Under the pieces are notes generated by a model. That model was given only the letters and a program-made list of their open reading frames with translations, made no database searches and was not told the DNA's origin. Positions 29,434 to 32,165 of a stretch of 32,165 nt of DNA are shown in pieces (the stretch's first letter is position 1; every line of letters begins with the position of its first letter). This DNA is from a bacterium. GTDB lineage: Bacteria > JBDRGX01. The stretch is from NCBI GenBank assembly GCA_043817485.1, contig JBDRGX010000058.1, positions 1 to 32,165 on the forward strand, read 5' to 3'. Position numbers and translations under genes: made by a program.

Positions 29434-30147
29434 TTATTTTATCAATACTAACATCTCTTTAATAGCTTTTTCTAATCCAACAAAAACTGCTCTACTAATT
29501 ATTGAATGTCCTATTGCTAAAATTTCAATACCTTGAATTTTTGCAATAGAAACAACATTTTTATAATCTAAACCATGTCCAGCATTAATTTTTAATCCTT
29601 GTTTAATGGCAAAATCAACAGATGATTTTATTTTATTTAATTCTTTTATTTGTTCTTTATGATCAGTTGTATCAGCATATACTCCAGTATGTATTTCTAT
29701 AAAATCTGCTCCAAGATTTTTAGATTCTTTTATTTGATCTAAATTAGAATCAACAAATAAACTTACTTTAATATTATTATCTTTTAAATTTTTAATAAAC
29801 GATTTTAACATTTTTTTATTTTCAATTACATCTAATCCTCTTTCTGTAGTAAGTTCTTTTCTTTTTTCTGGAACTAATGTCACCATCTCTGGTTTTGTTT
29901 TTAAAGCAATTTCAAGAATACTATTTATAGGTGCCATTTCTAAATTTAATTCTATTTTAACAATGTCCTTTAAAATTTTTAAATCTCTATCTTGAATATG
30001 CCTTCTATCTTCTCTTAAATGAACTGTAATTCCATAAGCCCCAGATAATTCTACTAAAACTGCTCCAAAAATAGGATCAGGATTTTTCCCTTGTCTTGCT
30101 TGTCTAATAGTAGCAATATGGTCAATATTTACACTTAATAAAGCCAT
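29434..30147 (-). CDS. pdxJ: Pyridoxine 5'-phosphate synthase
   Basis: LSVNIDHIATIRQAR, GITVHLREDRRHI, LNLEMA, TLVPEKRKELTTE, IEIHTG, NAGHGL, IGHSIISRA. Confidence 0.97.
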   Translation of the reverse strand: MALLSVNIDHIATIRQARQGKNPDPIFGAVLVELSGAYGITVHLREDRRHIQDRDLKILKDIVKIELNLEMAPINSILEIALKTKPEMVTLVPEKRKELTTERGLDVIENKKMLKSFIKNLKDNNIKVSLFVDSNLDQIKESKNLGADFIEIHTGVYADTTDHKEQIKELNKIKSSVDFAIKQGLKINAGHGLDYKNVVSIAKIQGIEILAIGHSIISRAVFVGLEKAIKEMLVLIK

Positions 30148-30149
30148 AA

Positions 30150-30536
30150 TTACTGATTCTCCTTATTATTTAATTTTATAATAACTTTCGAAGGATTAAA
30201 AATAAGTTCTACTTCTTTTTCTTTAAGTAAATAAAAATTTGCTGAAGATAATTTATAAATATTTATTCCCAATCTTGCCTCTTTTAAATTAATTACTGCT
30301 TTTATTTTAGTTAAGTCTATATTATTAAATATGCTTTTTTCCCCTTGAATCTTCAATTTAATATATTTTGGAATTGTATCAACTATATATAAATTAGATG
30401 GAATATTAACTATTTGTATCGGCACTTTTTTTATTGTTCGAAAAAAAATAAATTCTTCTTTAACATAAATCCAAAGTATAATAGATAAAATAAGAGATAA
30501 AATTTTTAGCCAAAAATTAGATAACAAAAATTTCAT
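30150..30536 (-). CDS. cdaR: CdaR/YbbR-like regulator of diadenylate cyclase (single YbbR domain)
   Basis: NFWLKILSLILSIILWIYV N-terminal transmembrane signature, VPIQIVNIP, IKAVINL; downstream of cdaA. Confidence 0.8.
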   Translation of the reverse strand: MKFLLSNFWLKILSLILSIILWIYVKEEFIFFRTIKKVPIQIVNIPSNLYIVDTIPKYIKLKIQGEKSIFNNIDLTKIKAVINLKEARLGINIYKLSSANFYLLKEKEVELIFNPSKVIIKLNNKENQ

Positions 30537-30594
30537 TGTCAATTCCTTAAAAAATTATAAATTTCACAATCCAAAATTTCAATATTTTTTTTTG

Positions 30595-30933
30595 GTAAGG
30601 GCGAACGCCGTGCCTCTACAAATATAAAATCATCTTGAATTTTCATATTTTTTTGTTTTAAACATTTTGTATTTACCAATAATTCGTTCCTATGGAACGA
30701 ATTATTTTTATGCTTTATCCATAAATGTTCCGTTAGAAACAATATATCGGGAAAAACATCTAAATTGAAAATTTATTTTTGTCATTTGAATTTGTTTCAT
30801 TTTTACCAATATTTCGTTCCTATGGAACGAATATTATTGTACTTTATCAATAATTATTATTCCATAAATGTCCCATCGGGACAACATATTGGTAGAAAAA
30901 ATCATTCTCGCATAATCCAAATGCCGTAGGCAT
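30595..30933. repeat. Cluster of REP/REPIN-like palindromes between cdaA and cdaR
   Basis: TTTACCAATAWTTCGTTCCTATGGAACGAAT at 30672-30702 and 30802-30832 (130-nt period), each followed by a degenerate inverted partner (30719-30756, 30862-30900); ATGCC-GTA-GGCAT at 30921-30933; GTAAGGGCGAACGCCGTGCCTCTAC at 30595-30619. Confidence 0.75.
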
Positions 30934-30982
30934 GATATATAAAATTTCAATTATTTTAGCACCAATTTATTTTTACAGCAAA

Positions 30983-31765
30983 CTATAAAATTTTTTTGGG
31001 ATAATTTGATTTTTTTTTTTTAACAGAAGAAACAAGCAATTTTAAAAGAATTTTTTCTAAAGTTTCTTTGTTTAAACTTTTAGTAAGTTTTCCTTTTGTT
31101 GCTATAGAAATTTCTCCTGTTTCCTCTGATACTATAATAGAAATCGCATCTGTTTCTTCAGTAATACCAAGAGCAGCTCTATGTCGACTTCCTAAATTTT
31201 TATTGATTTTGGGATTTTGTGTTAAAGGAAAAAAACAACCAGCTGATACAATTTTCCCATTTTTTATTATAATAGACCCATCATGAAGTGATGTCCCAGG
31301 ATAAAAAAGTGTAGTTAAAAGTTCAACAGAAACTTCTGCATTTATTTTAGTTCCAGCTTCAATATAATTTTTCAAACCTATTTCTCTTTCAATTGTAATT
31401 AATGCACCAGATTTATTATATGAAAAATTTTCTACTGCTTTAATTATCTCATTTAAGTATTCTATTTTTTCTTTAGTATTCCATAAATCAAACAATTTTT
31501 GTCGTTGTCCCATATGAACTAAAACTTCTCTTAATTCTGACTGAAAAATAATAATAATAACTAAAACCCACATACTCCATAAATTGCTTAAAAGCCAATT
31601 AACAGTATGAAAATGAAATTTTTTAGTAATAAAAGAAGTTAAAAGAAGAAGAAGAATTCCAATAAACATTTGAACTGCTTTAGTTCCTTTAATCAAAATA
31701 AAAAATTGATAAAAAATAAAAGCAATAATTAAAATATCTATAATTTCGTTTATTCTAAAAATCAA
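30983..31765 (-). CDS. cdaA: Membrane diadenylate cyclase CdaA (DacA/YbbP)
   Basis: Three N-terminal TM helices with IKGTKA and IIFQSELR; DAC domain GALITIER, LHDGS, GSRHRAALG, IVSEETGEIS. Confidence 0.95.
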   Translation of the reverse strand: MIFRINEIIDILIIAFIFYQFFILIKGTKAVQMFIGILLLLLTSFITKKFHFHTVNWLLSNLWSMWVLVIIIIFQSELREVLVHMGQRQKLFDLWNTKEKIEYLNEIIKAVENFSYNKSGALITIEREIGLKNYIEAGTKINAEVSVELLTTLFYPGTSLHDGSIIIKNGKIVSAGCFFPLTQNPKINKNLGSRHRAALGITEETDAISIIVSEETGEISIATKGKLTKSLNKETLEKILLKLLVSSVKKKKSNYPKKIL

Positions 31766-31813
31766 AAATAACCCCTTTTTTCATAAATATTTTAATAAAA
31801 CATTTTTATGTAA

Positions 31814-31843
31814 TTACGACACAGTCTCATGAATTGCCCCTAC
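31814..31843. repeat. ACACAGTCTC motif fused to half of a GTAG-type REP palindrome
   Basis: TTACGACACAGTCTC (31814-31828) joined directly to (C)ATGAATTGCCCCTAC, one arm of a GTAGGGGCAATTCATGAATTGCCCCTAC-type palindrome; inverted copy of the first motif at 32010-32024. Confidence 0.55.
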
Positions 31844-31879
31844 AAATAATTTCTATAATAGCAATTTCATCTACCTTTT

Positions 31880-32012
31880 TCATAGATATACCATATCCTT
31901 GTAAATATATTGCTTAATTTCTTCACGAATAGCTCTTTGAGAAACCACATCAACCTTAAGTTGCAATTTTTCCTCAAGAAAATTACCAAAACCAACCAAA
32001 TTTAACAAAGAG
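31880..32012 (-). pseudogene. 3' fragment of an MNT (MntA-like) nucleotidyltransferase gene
   Basis: SLLNLVGFGNFLEEKLQLKVDVVSQRAIREEIKQYIYKDMVYL matches the C-terminal half of MNT antitoxins; the GSX10DXD half is absent and replaced by unrelated sequence from ~32010. Confidence 0.75.
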
Positions 32013-32165
32013 ACTGTGTAGCAATAGAAATTTGGCATGAGAAGTATACAATGTTGTGCCAATATTAGCAATAAATACTATATATGGGATAGTTTTGCCA
32101 TTAATTATCAATTGTATATATAAAGACTTGACTCTATTCATAGGTATATTCTTAAAATGATTATC

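Noticed and set aside
30539-30742. 67-aa minus-strand ORF between cdaA and cdaR
   Set aside because: Runs through the REP-like palindromes, has no recognisable motif or RBS; likely a chance ORF.
30672-30832. Two 31-bp palindromic direct repeats as a possible CRISPR array
   Set aside because: Only two copies, a ~99-nt interval that itself contains repeated sequence, and no cas genes; fits REP doublets better.
32013-32071. N-terminal part of the 63-aa ORF 31880..32071 as real coding sequence
   Set aside because: MLILAQHCILLMPNFYCYT has no MNT similarity and lies beyond the GAGACTGTGT junction; only the 3' part is gene-derived.

Overview
A very AT-rich bacterial chromosomal segment, probably from a diderm; the taxon cannot be determined from sequence alone. 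Left to right: (1) a three-gene flavin/Fe-S oxidoreductase operon (atypical GlcD-like, GlcF/HdrD-like CCG protein, degenerate GlcE-like); (2) a MntA-HepT toxin-antitoxin pair; (3) a minus-strand surface-glycan locus: GT4, then a GC-richer ~8 kb block (glycosyltransferase, Wzx flippase, SAM methyltransferase, GNAT, two tandem paralogous beta-propeller proteins, WbqC, VioA-like aminotransferase), then an O-antigen-ligase/TPR protein and an MsbA-type ABC exporter broken by one in-frame TAA; (4) a GldA-like ABC ATPase, a DUF4160/DUF2442 pair and a divergent orphan family-5 solute-binding protein; (5) a methyltransferase, groEL and a frameshifted groES whose leader holds an ERIC-like 145-bp palindromic element; (6) pilC, pilT, pilB with a DUF6588-like gene upstream; (7) pdxJ, cdaR, cdaA with a REP/REPIN-like cluster between cdaA and cdaR; (8) a truncated MNT gene bounded by a short inverted motif. 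The best candidates for something undescribed are the VioA-WbqC-twin-propeller-GNAT-methyltransferase sugar-modification module, the ERIC-like element in the groES leader, and the oxidoreductase complex lacking the usual catalytic histidines. Two frameshifts fall in 9-nt homopolymers and may be sequencing errors. No rRNA, tRNA, CRISPR array, transposase or integrase was seen. All family assignments come from motif recognition, not database searches.
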